Counted from the first letter of the stretch, positions 1-13,006 are shown. The stretch: 64,000 nt of DNA from Octopus sinensis (GCF_006345805.1 NC_042999.1:20522001-20586000), one strand, 5' to 3'. Notes: generated from the sequence alone by a model not told the origin. Program-made: numbers and translations.

Positions 1-68
1 ACACAGAGAAGGAAAGATCCAGAGAAGGAAAGACAGAGGAAAAAAATCGCCAACGGTACACACGCGGT

Positions 69-110
<42 letters not shown>

Positions 111-164
111 CATGGTGGGGGGAAGTCCAGATAGAAAATGCTAAAATAATTTATAAAAAAATTT

Positions 165-200
165 CAGTACCGGTTTCAGTCATTGAGCCTTTTTCAACTG
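165..200 (-). ncRNA. Candidate minimal type I hammerhead ribozyme, U3-A8 core variant
   Basis: Reverse complement reads cag-TTGAAAA-aggctcaatgact-GAAAC-cg-GTA-ctg. Stem I is cag/ctg, stem III is palindromic (ACCGGT), stem II is weak. Confidence 0.5.
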
Positions 201-403
201 TAAGTATGGAAAAAAATTAAATTTAGAAAAATTATAAGAAAAGATTTTTTAAAGAATATTTGCATAGTGTTCAAATGCAAGCGGTATTTTCCTTGTTTCT
301 GCCTGTCATTGTGTCTCTTGTTTACTCTCGTGTGTTCAAGGTCGTTGTGAATTCTTGGTGGGGAGAGAAGAATCGCCTCGTGATATATGTTAGTCCTCGG
401 CTT

Positions 404-491
404 TTCTGCTGATGAGGCAGCACCAGTGGTAAATAAATTAATTAAATTAATTCATTTACAAATGATTGCCGAAACTATGCATAGTCCAGAA
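404..491 (+). ncRNA. Type I hammerhead ribozyme (canonical core)
   Basis: ttctg-CTGATGA-ggcag...ttgcc-GAAAC-tatgcata-GTC-cagaa. All three stems pair. Predicted cleavage after C486. Confidence 0.85.
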
Positions 492-1285
492 GGACAGGGT
501 AAACGTTTTTATTTCTCTTTGCATTTCAGAATTACTACTATTAGTGGTTTGGAGTTTGGCTGCTCTTTCTAGTGAGTCGGATGTCATATTATGGCCACCC
601 TTATATGTTTGAATGTATATTATATAGTCTATTGACTATTTTTTCTTTCTCACGGAGAATTTTTCTAGAATTTTTTGCTACCCTAAAATTTATTAATATA
701 CATACATATGTATATATATATATGCATACATATGTATATATATATATACATGTGTGTGTGTATGTGTGTGTGTGTGTGTGTGTTCGATTGTTCGATTGTC
801 AGAATCGCTAGAGAATGTAATAGAAATCTTTTCGCTAGTCGCTTCTGTCATCTGTGCGATATCAATAGGGCCTATTCTTCCCTCAATTCCTGTCTTTATA
901 TCTCTCCCACCCTTTTCCACTTTCCTCTTCCACCATCCTTCCCTCTTTCCGTCATCATAGCATATACTACACAAAGCTGCGCAGCCTTACACTGGCTGCA
1001 GTATTTTATCGCCAAATCTAAGAAGTATACTCATTTGCACTGAATTGCGATAAAGTTTTCCACTGAAATTCCAACCACATTATCAACCGGCGAGCTTAAA
1101 ATGCCTGAAATCTAAGGTGACCATAATTCCTATCGTGCCTCAAGTAAAAAGGCAGAACCATTTCCTAAACTTTCTTGTAGTACTGCGCTAGCCTGAGAAC
1201 CGCCTTTGTTGTCGGCATTAGCTGCCGGATATACAATCTAATATATAGCATAATATAACATGAAAGGGCAATGTTAAAAAATCTT

Positions 1286-1470
1286 AGCGTAGGAGTAGCT
1301 GTGTGGTAAGTGGCTTGCTTATCAACCACATGGTTCCGAGTTCAGTCCCACTGCGTGGCACCTCGGGCAAGTGCCTTCTACTATAGCCTCGGCCTCGGGC
1401 GGACAAAACCCTGTGAGTGGATTTGGTAGACGGAAACTGAAAGAAGCCCGTCGTATATATGCATAATAAT

Positions 1471-1566
<96 letters not shown>

Positions 1567-1776
1567 ATGTGTATGTTTGTGTGTCTGTTTGTCCCTCTAA
1601 CATCGCTTGACAACCGATGCTGGTGTGTTTACGTCCCCGTAACTTAGCGGTCCGCCAATGAGACCGGTAAGAATAAGTACTGGGCTTCCAAAGAATTAAG
1701 TCCTGGGGTCGATTTGCTCTACTAAAGGCGGTGCTCTAGCATGGCCACAGTCAACTGACTGAAACAAGTATAAGAG
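1286..1776 (+). mobile_element. tRNA-derived SINE family A, full length with internal TA/TG microsatellite
   Basis: A-box-like TAGCTGTGTGG, B-box-like AGTTCAGTCCC, ...GGGCAAGT body, tail GGCGGTGCTCTAGCATGGCCACAGTCAACTGACTGAAAC. About 10 homologous copies in the window. Confidence 0.85.
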
Positions 1777-2028
1777 TCATCGTAATAAGTACGAATCTTA
1801 TTTTGAAATCAATTATTTATTGATCCCGTATACTTGATGTATTTTCTAATGCGTTCGGTTTAACAATTTTATCTGTTTAATTATTTTTCTTGAAATATAA
1901 TTATTTAAATACGCATAATAACTTTTATATGGCTGTCACTACAACAGAGCAAAGTATCACCCCACGATGTGATGTGAGATTAGAAATTTGAATTTGAAGT
2001 CTAAGAAATTAGAACGGATAAGAAGTGT

Positions 2029-2092
<64 letters not shown>

Positions 2093-2880
2093 ACACTCAC
2101 GTCCACACAAACTCACACAAGTTTGTTATATAAAATCCGTTGTGTGTGTGTCTTCTAGGATCTCGGGTATCCTCCATCCGATTGCGCTCAAATTTGATAT
2201 GTAGATACTGACGATATTAGGGCGTGTATAAGGCGAGAATGCGATAGATAAAGCCGTTTTTGTCCTGCTTTTCTTCTGTCAACCTGTACATAACTGCACC
2301 TTCAATTTTTGTTGTATTTTTGTACTGCTTAAAGGCACGTTTCTTTCCTGCCAAGCTTACTGCTTAGACCATGTTTTGTTTCTCCCAGTCAACAGCCTTA
2401 TCATTACTGGTACTTTTAACCTCTTCGGTTTGCATATTGTGTGAATAAAATTGTTTTTCTTTGGAATAGAGAAAAAAAGTCTATCTTTATTTCTTTATTT
2501 CTTCTTTTTGCTGGTGTCTCAAATTTAGGTTAAATCAGTGTTTCTCAAAGGGGAGGCCTATGAGACGGACGGACAAGTTGTTTTGCGAAAATTTGGTTTA
2601 AATGTTTGACAACTCAGCACTGTCCATTGGATGGGGGGTATTTTGCTCGTTTATATATAATTTAAATCCCTTTCTAAATCATCTTTGCCAAAGATCTTAC
2701 ATTTCTCATTAGTGATAAGCATTTATAGTACTATTTCATCCTATTTAGCAACCTTCAACATGATTTAAACTGGAATTTTGTTACTTAAATAAATTTCAAA
2801 TATAGACTTTACAGTAAAATTCAAAATTCAATGTTTCCATTATCTTGATAGGACTTTGTAGTTTTAAGGAAAGCTACAAA

Positions 2881-3262
2881 GGCGTGGGTGTGTGGTAAGT
2901 AGCTTGCTTACCAACCCTATGGTTACGGTATCAGTCTCCACTGCGTGGTGTCTTGGGCAAGTGTCTTCTACTATAGCCTCGGGCAAATTAAAATCTCGTG
3001 AGTCGATTTGGTAGACAGAAACCAAAAGAAGCCCGTCGTATATATATATATGTGTGGGGTTGTTTGTGTGACTGTGTTTGTCCCCTACCATTGCTCGACA
3101 ACCGATGCTGATGTGTTTACGTCCGCGTAACTTAGCTGTTTGGTAAAAGAGACCGACAGAATAAGTAGCCGGCTTACAAAGAATAAGTCCTGGGGTCGAT
3201 TTGTTCGACTAAAGGCGGTGCTCGAGCATGGCCGCGATCAGCTGACTGAAACAAATAACAGG
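2881..3262 (+). mobile_element. SINE family A copy
   Basis: Collinear with 1286-1776. Confidence 0.85.
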
Positions 3263-3672
3263 ACAACAGAATAAAGGAATACAAGAATAAAAGAGTAGAA
3301 GACTAGCAATTGCGTAGAGAGAAATAAAATGTTTCAAGGACGTTTGTACTCGTGAAATTGTGGGGAGGGGCAGTGAAGAGTTACAAGAATAACTACAAAC
3401 GGTAAGCATAAAATCTTAGCATTAAATATTTGTAACTGAGAAATTTCTCCTCTTATGTATCATTATGTCTATAATTCGTTAGCTCGTCGCACAAATTGCT
3501 ATTTATGGCGCTATACTTTCTGAATTCATATCGTTTTGTACTTTGATTTTCATCAACCGAGGGCCTATCAAATAAGTTACCAAATCATATTAGTCTTATA
3601 TTATCGGCTGCTTACCTTAATCAAAATTGTAGCCATGTGACTATGTTAGAATTCAATATCATGTTATTTAAT

Positions 3673-4317
3673 GGCGGCGAGCTGGCAGAAACGTTAGCAC
3701 ACCGGGCGAAATGCGTATCGGTATTTCGTCTGCCGCTACGTTCTTATTTCAAATTCCGCTGAGGTCGAATTTGCATTTCATCCTTTTGGATCGATAAATT
3801 AAGTGCCTGTTACGCACTGGGATCGATGTAATCGACTTAATCCCTTTGCCTGTCCTTGTTAGTACTCTCTATGTTTAGCCACTAGTAGGAAAGAAAGAAA
3901 TAAGAAACGTTATCACGCCGGGCGAAATGCTCGGCGGTATTTCGTTAGGCTTTACGTTCTGAGTTCAAATTCCGTCGAGGTCGACTTTGCCATTCATCCT
4001 TTCGAGGTCGATAAATTAAATGCCTGTTACGCACTGGGGTCGATGTAATCAGCTTAATCCCCTTGTCTGCCCTTATTTGTCCCCTCTATGTTTAGTTTCT
4101 TGTGAGCAATAAAGAAATAAGAAACGTTATCACGCCGGGCAAAATGCTTAGCGGGATTTCGTGTTACGCTCTGAGTTCAAATTCCGCCGACCTTTGACTT
4201 TGCCTTTCATCCTATCGTGGTCGATAAATAAATACCAGTTACGTACTGGGGTCGATCTAATCCACTGGCCCTATTCCCCCAAAATTTCGGGCCTTCAGCC
4301 TAGAGCTGAAAAGGATA
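3673..4317 (+). mobile_element. SINE family B head-to-tail trimer
   Basis: GGCGGCGAGCTGGCAGAAACGTTAG head, then three bodies containing GAGTTCAAATTCCG..GAGGTCGACTTTGCCTTTCATCC. The last unit has an alternative tail. Confidence 0.85.
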
Positions 4318-5082
4318 TTATGTTATCTATTTATTACAGTATGTTATATCTGAAATTCGAGCAAATCCACCATCGCGCTTTATCCATCCCGATCGATGAA
4401 ATGATTAATAGTTACGTGTTCGTCTTAGAACCCAAATAGAATTAAGGTTAGTGTCCTGATCTGAATACTTGATACGTGAACTCACCTAATGGCTAGCAAG
4501 AGATACAAGCAGTGGATTGAAGTAGCGCAGTGACACAGCTCATCGTTAATAATGATGTGCACTACAAATTAACTAATTGCTATTAATACTAAAAACCCGT
4601 TGATACATTATATCTATTTTTTTGACAGTTTGATTCAATAAATCAATAAATTTAGTCCATTGTCTTCGATAGGCAAATGAACTAGAATTTTATCGTAGAA
4701 GACCCACATTCTCTTGACGTATTATTAGTTTTGCGAAGCAATTTGTAAGGAGATCTCCTGCTAAGTTCTGTCTCAGTATAAGAATCATTGTTGATTGCAA
4801 TCAATCTATTTTCAAATTGATAACATTAGACACGAAACCTACCCATTCATTGCTGTTTCTTGCTGGCTTCTATGTCTGTCACATTTTGGACTTGCTTAGT
4901 TCTCTGTACACACACACACACACACACACAACACATACACACATACATTTGCCTGACTACATGCATATATATGTGTGTATCTGTCTGTGTGTGTGCGTGC
5001 AAGCAACATATATACAAGTATATTCTCACATGTGTTCATATATACTCATCTATACGATACAAACATTTAAATAGCTATATAT

Positions 5083-5471
5083 AGGTGCAGGAGTGGCTCT
5101 GTGTTAAGTAGCTTGTTTACCAACCACATGATTCCGGGTTCAGTCCCACTGCGTGGCACCTTGGGCAAGTGTATTCTACTATAGCCACGAGCCGACCAAA
5201 TCCTTGTGAGTGGATTTGGTAGACGGAAACTGATAGAAGCCCGTCGTATAATATATATATATGTATATATGTGTGTGTGTATGTATGTGTTTGTTCTCCC
5301 ACCAGCAATGCTGGTGTGTTTAAATCCCCGCAACTTAGCGGTTCGGCAAAAGAGACCGATAAGTACTAGGCTTACAAAGAATAAGTTCTGGGGGCGGTTT
5401 GTTCGACTAAAGGTGGTGTTCCAGCATAGCCGCAGTCAAATGACTGAAACAAGTAAAAGAATAAAAGAATA
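5083..5471 (+). mobile_element. SINE family A copy
   Basis: Collinear with 1286-1776. Confidence 0.85.
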
Positions 5472-5771
5472 TAGGAATATATATGTATATGCATATTTAT
5501 ATGTTTATAACACACACACATATATGTGTGTGTGTGTATAAGATATATATATATTCATATATGAACACACGTACGTATATGGAATAGTTTGTACATGGGC
5601 TGTACAATTTTAGCCTTTCTATATTTAATCTATGAATTTTAATAATGTTTTAACAATAGCTGTAACTATGGTTTCGCGCATATTTTCGTTACAGAATCGT
5701 GAAAACCATGCAGTAGAAAATCCAGAATACTATCCAAAGTACATCATAGTATGCCTCTTTGTTCCTCGTCA

Positions 5772-5948
5772 TACGCTACACACCTTCCTTCCAAACACTG
5801 CTGTAAACACCGGAAGTGATCTACAACATTAAACCTCAGCTCGCATACTCAACAGAGTTTAAGTTTCATCTGTACCAAGGGACTTTACTCAGCGGGCTTT
5901 AGCTTCGTTGCTATGGCAACAGCCCCGATACTTATTGATCAGATCTCG
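5772..5948 (-). mobile_element. Mariner left-end (TIR plus 5' UTR) fragment
   Basis: Matches 21836-22012. Ends in ...GATACTTATTGATCAGATCTCG followed by TA. Confidence 0.7.
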
Positions 5949-6399
5949 TAAGATTGGTTTGAATCGTCCAATCATTGTGCCATTTCAATAATTTAGCTTT
6001 CCGATATACTTCAGTTCCTGACATCACGATTTGTTAGCATATAAACTGATAGAGTAACTAATAGCTAATTATTGAAAACGTTACCTGAATATTTGCAAGA
6101 GAGTAGAATAAATTCCTTTAAAGTTGCAAAGGGACATTATCACAGGTTTTGAAGAGAACTATGAACAAACGTAACATTCAAAATGGCGACAACATATCGG
6201 TGAGTAAAAGGTTGCAATTAGCTGCGTAGTCTCACTGCAAAAATGCCTCAGAGCTATTATAAGCACTGTTCACTGACTGAGTGATTCAATAATTGCCACG
6301 CATCTTTTTCTGTAGGCTAATGATGTAGAAAGGAATTCGCCGTAACTTCTATACCTCAGTCAACTAATTAGTTAAAAAATGCATGACTGTAGGCTCGCC

Positions 6400-6869
6400 T
6401 ACTGCTTTCTATATATTTATTGAATGTATATACATATACATACATATATATGTATGTGTGTATGTATATGCATGCATGTATGTATGTATATGCATGTATG
6501 TATGTATGTATGTCTATATATATATGTTATTATATATTATATATATATGTTGTATATATATAAAATGTATATATATATACATATATGATATATATATATG
6601 TATATATATATATATGTATACATATATACATATATATATGTATATATATATACATATATATATATATGTATATACATATATACATTATGTATATATATGT
6701 ATATATATATGTATATATATATATGTATATATATATACATATATACATATATGTATATTATGTATAGATATATGATTATATATATTGTATATATATATAT
6801 ACTTATATATATATTTATATCTATATGTATATATATATGTTTATATATATATGTATATATATATTTATA

Positions 6870-6911
<42 letters not shown>
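6400..6911. repeat. Compound (TA)n/(TATG)n microsatellite
   Basis: Direct inspection. Confidence 0.95.
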
Positions 6912-7278
6912 AATAATAAATATTAGGGAATAAATCCAAATTTTACAGGGAAAAAATCAGATTTAGGATAAATCGATTTTATATTAAATATTTATAAAAA
7001 TATTATTCGAGACAAAACCACTATTTTGCAAAACAAACAAGGAAAGACTTAATTAATACATAAAATTTTAATAAATAGTCAAAAAAACCGCCACTACAAT
7101 CGTTTCTTGTCTTGATCGACACTGAATTATTGGAAGTCCACCTGAAGATTGTCGATCAAGACAAGAAACGATTGTAGTGGCGGTTTTTTTGACTATTTAT
7201 TAAAATTTTATGTATTAATTAAGTCTTTCCTTGTTTGTTTTGGCAAAATAGTGGTTTTGTCTCGAATAATATTTTATG
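6912..7278. mobile_element. Fold-back PLE-like terminus (family 2) between two TA microsatellites
   Basis: Arms ~6997-7121 and ~7150-7278 are near-perfect reverse complements around a ~28 nt spacer. The left arm extends ~85 nt further. Homologue at 23199-23390. Confidence 0.7.
7138..7180 (+). ncRNA. Minimal type I hammerhead ribozyme
   Basis: ccac-CTGAAGA-ttgtc-gatcaa-gacaa-GAAAC-gatt-GTA-gtgg. Confidence 0.75.
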
Positions 7279-7294
7279 TATATATATATATAGT

Positions 7295-7335
<41 letters not shown>

Positions 7336-7410
7336 TATATATATATATATTATACAAATATAATATATATATACATATATAGCGAGAAAGAAGCAACAAG
7401 AATGATAGGT

Positions 7411-7501
7411 TTTTAGTACAATCGTTTCATACAAGGACAGGCTTTATTAAAAGTTGTAAAAATTACAGCATATAAACGTGTCCCGTACTCATCAGCTAAA
7501 A
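7411..7501 (-). ncRNA. Type I hammerhead ribozyme in the inverted pLTR
   Basis: Reverse complement: ttttag-CTGATGA-gtacgggac...gtccttgtat-GAAAC-gatt-GTA-ctaaaa. Confidence 0.8.
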
Positions 7502-8622
7502 TACATGTGAGTTCTCTAGACATCCTAGTGGTTGAGGCTATACTCATGAAGTAATGTAGATAATTAAGTAACATAAACAGATTTCCAAAGTTCATTAAAG
7601 TTCTTTAAAGATGATGTACAGTCTTATCACAGAATTTTAAAAAAGTTCTAATAGCATCACAGAGAAGTGGACCTAATCCATAGAGCACATATGAATTTCC
7701 AGAGATATGATGAGGGATTACATACTCACAGAAGACAAATTTATCCATTGTTAATCACAACGAGGTGGGTCTCAATTCCTGCTTATTAGCATTACAGAGA
7801 GGGTGAATTAATCCTTTGTATAGATACACAATTTCCAATGGTGTAGATGTAAGTTTCCAGAGAAATGAAGAGGAATTTCATATTCACAGGCGATAAATTT
7901 ATCAATGGTTGAACACAATGAGGTAGGTATCAATTCTTGTTATATGATTAGGTATTTGCCACATTAATCACATTACTGCTATTTACAAGAGGAAATTGTG
8001 TATCTATACAAAGGATTAATTCACCCTCTCTGTAATGCTAATAAGCAGGAATTGAGACCCACCTCGTTGTGATTAACAATGGATAAATTTGTCTTCTGTG
8101 AGTATGTAATCCCTCATCATATCTCTGGAAATTCATATGTGCTCTATGGATTAGGTCACCTTCTCTGTGATGCTATTAGAACTTTTTTAAAATTCTGTGA
8201 TAAGACTGTACATCATCTTTAAAGAACTTTAATGAACTTTGGAAACCTGTTTACGTTACTTAATTATCTACATTACTTACTTCATGAGTATAGCCTCAAC
8301 CACTAGGATGTTAGAGAACTCACATGTATTTTAGCATGATGAGTACAGGACACGTTTATATGCTGTAATTTTTACAACTTTTAATAAAGCCTGTCCTTGT
8401 ATGAAACGATTGTACTAAAAACCTATCCATTCTTGTTGCTTCTTTCTCGCTTATAATCACCCACCACATTACTGTATTGTTAAAACAGTATAGTTTTTTT
8501 TGGTGCATCTAAGTTAGGTACCTTATTCAGTAAATTCATTTAAATTAACTTGAATCTTTATTGCTTTTTGAATATATTCCCATACAGTCTGTATGTTTTT
8601 CTGGTATTAATTCTCAACAAGA

Positions 8623-11455
8623 ATGGAAAAGGTAAACATTGAGTTCTGCCGCTAAAGACATCCCCTTACATAGTATAGATGAATATAATTGGCTTCTCAT
8701 TCATAGGATTAACGATTTCATTAGAAGAATCAGGTGGAAAACGTACCATTTTGATGTCAAACAGAAGAAGAAACCACAGGATAGAACACACGAAAAGAAT
8801 TTTAGAAGAATTTTTAAAAGTAGAAAAAGCCCCCCTCAGAACCCATTCCTGAGAATTTGAGAAAGACTTGCTGAATCTTATAGATGATATTAGCTTCAAG
8901 GAACACCCGTTACGATATAACCCTCACCTTAGACACCTTAGGAACTTTATTCAGTCAACCCGGTGCAAACATGGAATCCTAGTACCAGCAGATAAAACGG
9001 GTAATATGTATAGAGTTGATTACGATATTTATAGCAAATTAATTAGGAAGGAACTAAACTCCAAATATAAAATTACGACTAAGAACAATTTGAAAAAAGT
9101 AAACATGGAAATGAAAGAGATCATGGAGAAACTAAATTTAACGGATAGAACGGAGCCACTTAAACCGTGTGAGCCCAGGATCAACCTTAAAGACCACAAA
9201 AAGAACTTCTTGGAAAACCTTCGTTAAGGCTGATCTGTCCAACTAAGTCGGACATTGGCCGACTTAGTAAATCTATCCTGGATAGTGTTCTACCCCAGAT
9301 AACCCCTCTTCTCCCCTTAAACCTATGGCTAAGTTACGGATGAAGTTCTAAAATGGTTTAACTCTCTAACTATACTAGTAGTCTGTCCTTTATTCAGTTC
9401 GATATTAATAGTTATTACTCAAGTATTTCCCCTATCTTACTCAACAAATCACTAATATTTGCCATGAATCGCTCCCTCATATCTAGAGAAGAAATCAATA
9501 TTGTGCTACTAGCTAGGAAGACATTTATAGAATTTGAAGATAAATTATGGACTAGAGCAGATACACCTAATTTTTTTGATATACCAATGGGCTCCAGTGA
9601 TTCGGCTGAGGTAACCAACCTAGTGGGCGCATATCTATTAAAATGCATAATCAAGGATATACCAGAAATACAGGGGGGTCTATATAGGGATGATGCTCTG
9701 TTTGTTATCCCTAGTAATAATAAATCTGTTATAGAAAGGATTAGAAAGAAAATTAATAAGTTCTTTAAGGATTTCAACCTCAGTATAACGTATGAACCGG
9801 GCACTAAAATAGTTAACTTCCTAGATATTACGCTAGACCTTAACTCCAAGCTACATTACCCATTTAGAAAGGAAGGCGAAATCACGAATTACGTAAATAA
9901 ATTATCAAATCATCCCCCAAATATAATAGAATCTTTAGTAAGAAATATTTCATTAAGAATTTCAAAATTATCATCCAATAAGGATATATTTAACTCCCAT
10001 TCTGAGCATTATAATGAGGCGTTAACTAAGGCTGGATACAACCAAAAGATTACATTCGTTGATAAGGGGAACTCACGTATTCCTAATAATGAAGGTATCA
10101 GTAATCACGTAAGCAGCAATACAGACCAAGCCCGAAATAAAAGTAGAATTAAATTAATGGTAAACGATAATCTAGCGCACAGGCCCAACAATTCAAATAG
10201 AAGCATTGACCAGAACATAGGTAACTCGGATAACATTGAAGTAGATAAACCTAAGATGCACAAAAATAAAAATAAAAATAATGGTAATAAATACAATAAC
10301 TCCGGTGAGATGAATAGTAGTATTCTACGACCCCTAATTTAATAAAAAAGATATATATGGCTGAATATCCCTTTCAACTGTGCGATACAATCGGATATAC
10401 AGAACAAATTCAAAGTAATCTGGAAAAAAATTTCCCTATCTCTCATAGATATCATAGAATTATATCTAGGAAAACAGTTAGGATTTCTTATTCCCTCCCA
10501 AATATGTCCACTTTAATAGCTAAGATTAATAATAAAACATTAAACTAGCCAGGAAAGATAGAAATAAAAATAATAATATCAGCATGAATACCAATAGCAA
10601 TTATAATAATACTACCAACAATAAAAACAACAATAGCAACTATCAAACATAGGTGAAATTAGTAACCACAGAATGACTAATAACATTAACATTAATAGTA
10701 ATATAACAATGCCGATATTAATAGAAGTAATAATGTTAATAATAGAAATAATAGATATAAGGCTAATGGAGAAAATAAGGAGAATGAAAATATCAGTGAT
10801 ATTTATAACAGCAATATGCAGTCGGAAAAAAAGACTAACAATAATAGTAATATTACCAATAATATAAGAAATCATGGTAGGACTTTAAACCTAAATGAAG
10901 AAGCTGAAGGATCAATAAATAATAGCAATACTTAGATATCAGCACCAACTATAGAAATGATAATCAAAATAATAGGAACCTAAGACATCTACCCAAGAAT
11001 AATCCAAAGCCTGAAGTTGCTCCTCCTGTGTGTAAGTGTAGAATAAAATCAAAATGCCCGGCACCTGGTCTATGTGGGGAAAATAATGTAATCTATAAAT
11101 GTACCATATCCACGGAGAATAACAAATATCTTTACGTTGGATGTACAATTAATTTTCTAGCCAGAGTTGAAATCACATCTCGTCTTTTAACTTACGTCAT
11201 AAAGCTGGTACCACCACACTTTCAAACAAAATCTGGGAACTCAAAAATAATAATAAAAATTATAACCTTAATTGGGAAATAGTTAGGAGAGCAATTCCGT
11301 ATAAAAATAGTAGGGTTGGTTGCCAACTATGCTCCATGGAGACGTATGAAATTCTAAAGCATAGAAAACATAGAAACTTATTGAATAATCATATCGAACT
11401 AGGTCAAGTTTGTGTCCACGCTAAATTGAAGACTTTAAATATTTTAAATGATTAG
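8623..11455 (+). pseudogene. PLE reverse transcriptase + GIY-YIG endonuclease ORF (frameshifted as assembled, ~940 codons)
   Basis: N-terminus KDIPLHS..LLIHRINDFIRRIRWK, then ADKTGNMY. RT motifs FIQFDI, IPMGSSDSAEV, YRDD, VNFLDITLDL. Cys-rich CKCRIKSKCPAPGLC followed by VIY...YVG. C-terminal CQLC..E..LLN..C.H. Confidence 0.92.
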
Positions 11456-12915
11456 AATATCCGTAACTAGATAGATAGATATAACTTGATTTCTACTAGT
11501 ATAGCACTGCTTTAAGTAGATAACTAAGAGTTCTCACACCACAGTTATCTTTTTCCTTATATCTGCATCAGTTTTTAGGAACAGGGAATGAATAGTACTT
11601 ATACGCTGCTTAATTGAGGCCTTACCTAATTTCAAACTCATAATCTTTTAAATTCTTAATTTTAAATCTTAATTGTAATTTTTAATTTTAATTCCTAACT
11701 TAATCTAATTTAAGTAGCATAACTCTAATAAAATAAAATGAGATACTATAGCCCCATAATTCTATTTCAAAATTAAATAAATAAGGCTACCCCCTCGGTG
11801 ATAATATGATTATCTTCATTATGATAGACAATCCCCTAACACCTTGTAAATGATCTTCTAAGATTTGACCTGTAGCCCGTCAATGTATGAATAATAACGG
11901 CAACTCCTTAAGACAATAAAATGAATAAATTAAATAAGTAAGTTTTATTGACTTTTTGATAAGATCATACTTAGATTTTCCTAATGTATTTTCTTTTGAT
12001 TTTAGCATCTGACCCCTAAACCCCTGACAGTGTTATCTCTTTAGATTCTCTTTAAATTCATAGCTGATTTCAACAGCAATAATTAACTGTTTTACTGGCC
12101 AAAGAATAATATTCTCCTCTAGTTCATAGATGCCTGTAAATTAAAACCAGACTTGCCGTCTACTAATTCTTCTGGATAACTAGAACCCTCTTTTTTATTT
12201 TTATATTTTCCCTTCTTTCCCTATTTCTTTTTCTTTTCTCTTTTCTCTTTTTTCTGTTTCTTCTTCTTATTCTCTTTTTCCTTTTCTCTTCTCTTTTAGT
12301 CCCCTCCCCCCCTTTTTTTGCTCCCTCCTCCTCTTATTCTCTCTTTTCTTCTATTCCTTCCCTTTCTATTCTTGGCCTCTCCAGAAGGCCCTTCAGCCTT
12401 TATAAGTTAAATAGCTACAGCCTCTTGTAAATAGCAGTAATGTGATTAATGTGGCAAATACCTAATCATATAACAAGAATTGATACCTACCTCATTGTGT
12501 TCAACCATTGATAATTTATCGCCTGTGAATATGAAATTCCTCTTCATTTCTCTGGAACTTACATCTACACCATTGAAATTGTGTATCTATACAAAGGATT
12601 AATTCACCCTCTCTGTAATGCTAATAAGCAGGAATTGAGACCCACCTCGTTGTGATTAACAATGGATAAATTTGTCTTCTGTGAGTATGTAATCCCTCAT
12701 CATATCTCTGGAAATTCATATGTGCTCTATGGATTAGGTTAGGTCACCTTCTCTGTGATGCTATTAGAACTTTTTTAAAATTCTGTGATAAGACTGTACA
12801 TCATCTTTAAAGAACTTTAATGAACTTTGGAAATCTGTTTATGTTACTTAATTATCTACATTACTTCATGAGTATAGCCTCAACCACTAGGATGTCTAGA
12901 GAACTCTCACATGTA

Positions 12916-13006
12916 TTTTAGCTGATGAGTACGGGACACGTTTATATGCTGTAATTTTTACAACTTTTAATAAAGCCTGTCCTTGTATGAAACGATTGTA
13001 CTAAAA
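12916..13006 (+). ncRNA. Type I hammerhead ribozyme in the downstream pLTR
   Basis: ttttag-CTGATGA-gtacgggac...gtccttgtat-GAAAC-gatt-GTA-ctaaaa. The sister copy at 8329-8420 has an extra A in the core (CATGATGA). Confidence 0.8.

Noticed and set aside
2125-2240. Helitron/Helentron-like non-autonomous 5' end (TATATAAAA..GTGTGT..CCGATTGCGCTCAAATTTG)
   Set aside because: Only a vague resemblance, with no 3' hairpin/CTRR or second copy in the window
2535-2560. CAGTGTTTCTCAAA hAT-like TIR
   Set aside because: No matching opposite end or TSD found
9415-10875. Minus-strand ORFs 9415-9849, 10105-10296 and 10612-10875
   Set aside because: Antisense shadows of the PLE ORF and its Asn-rich tract
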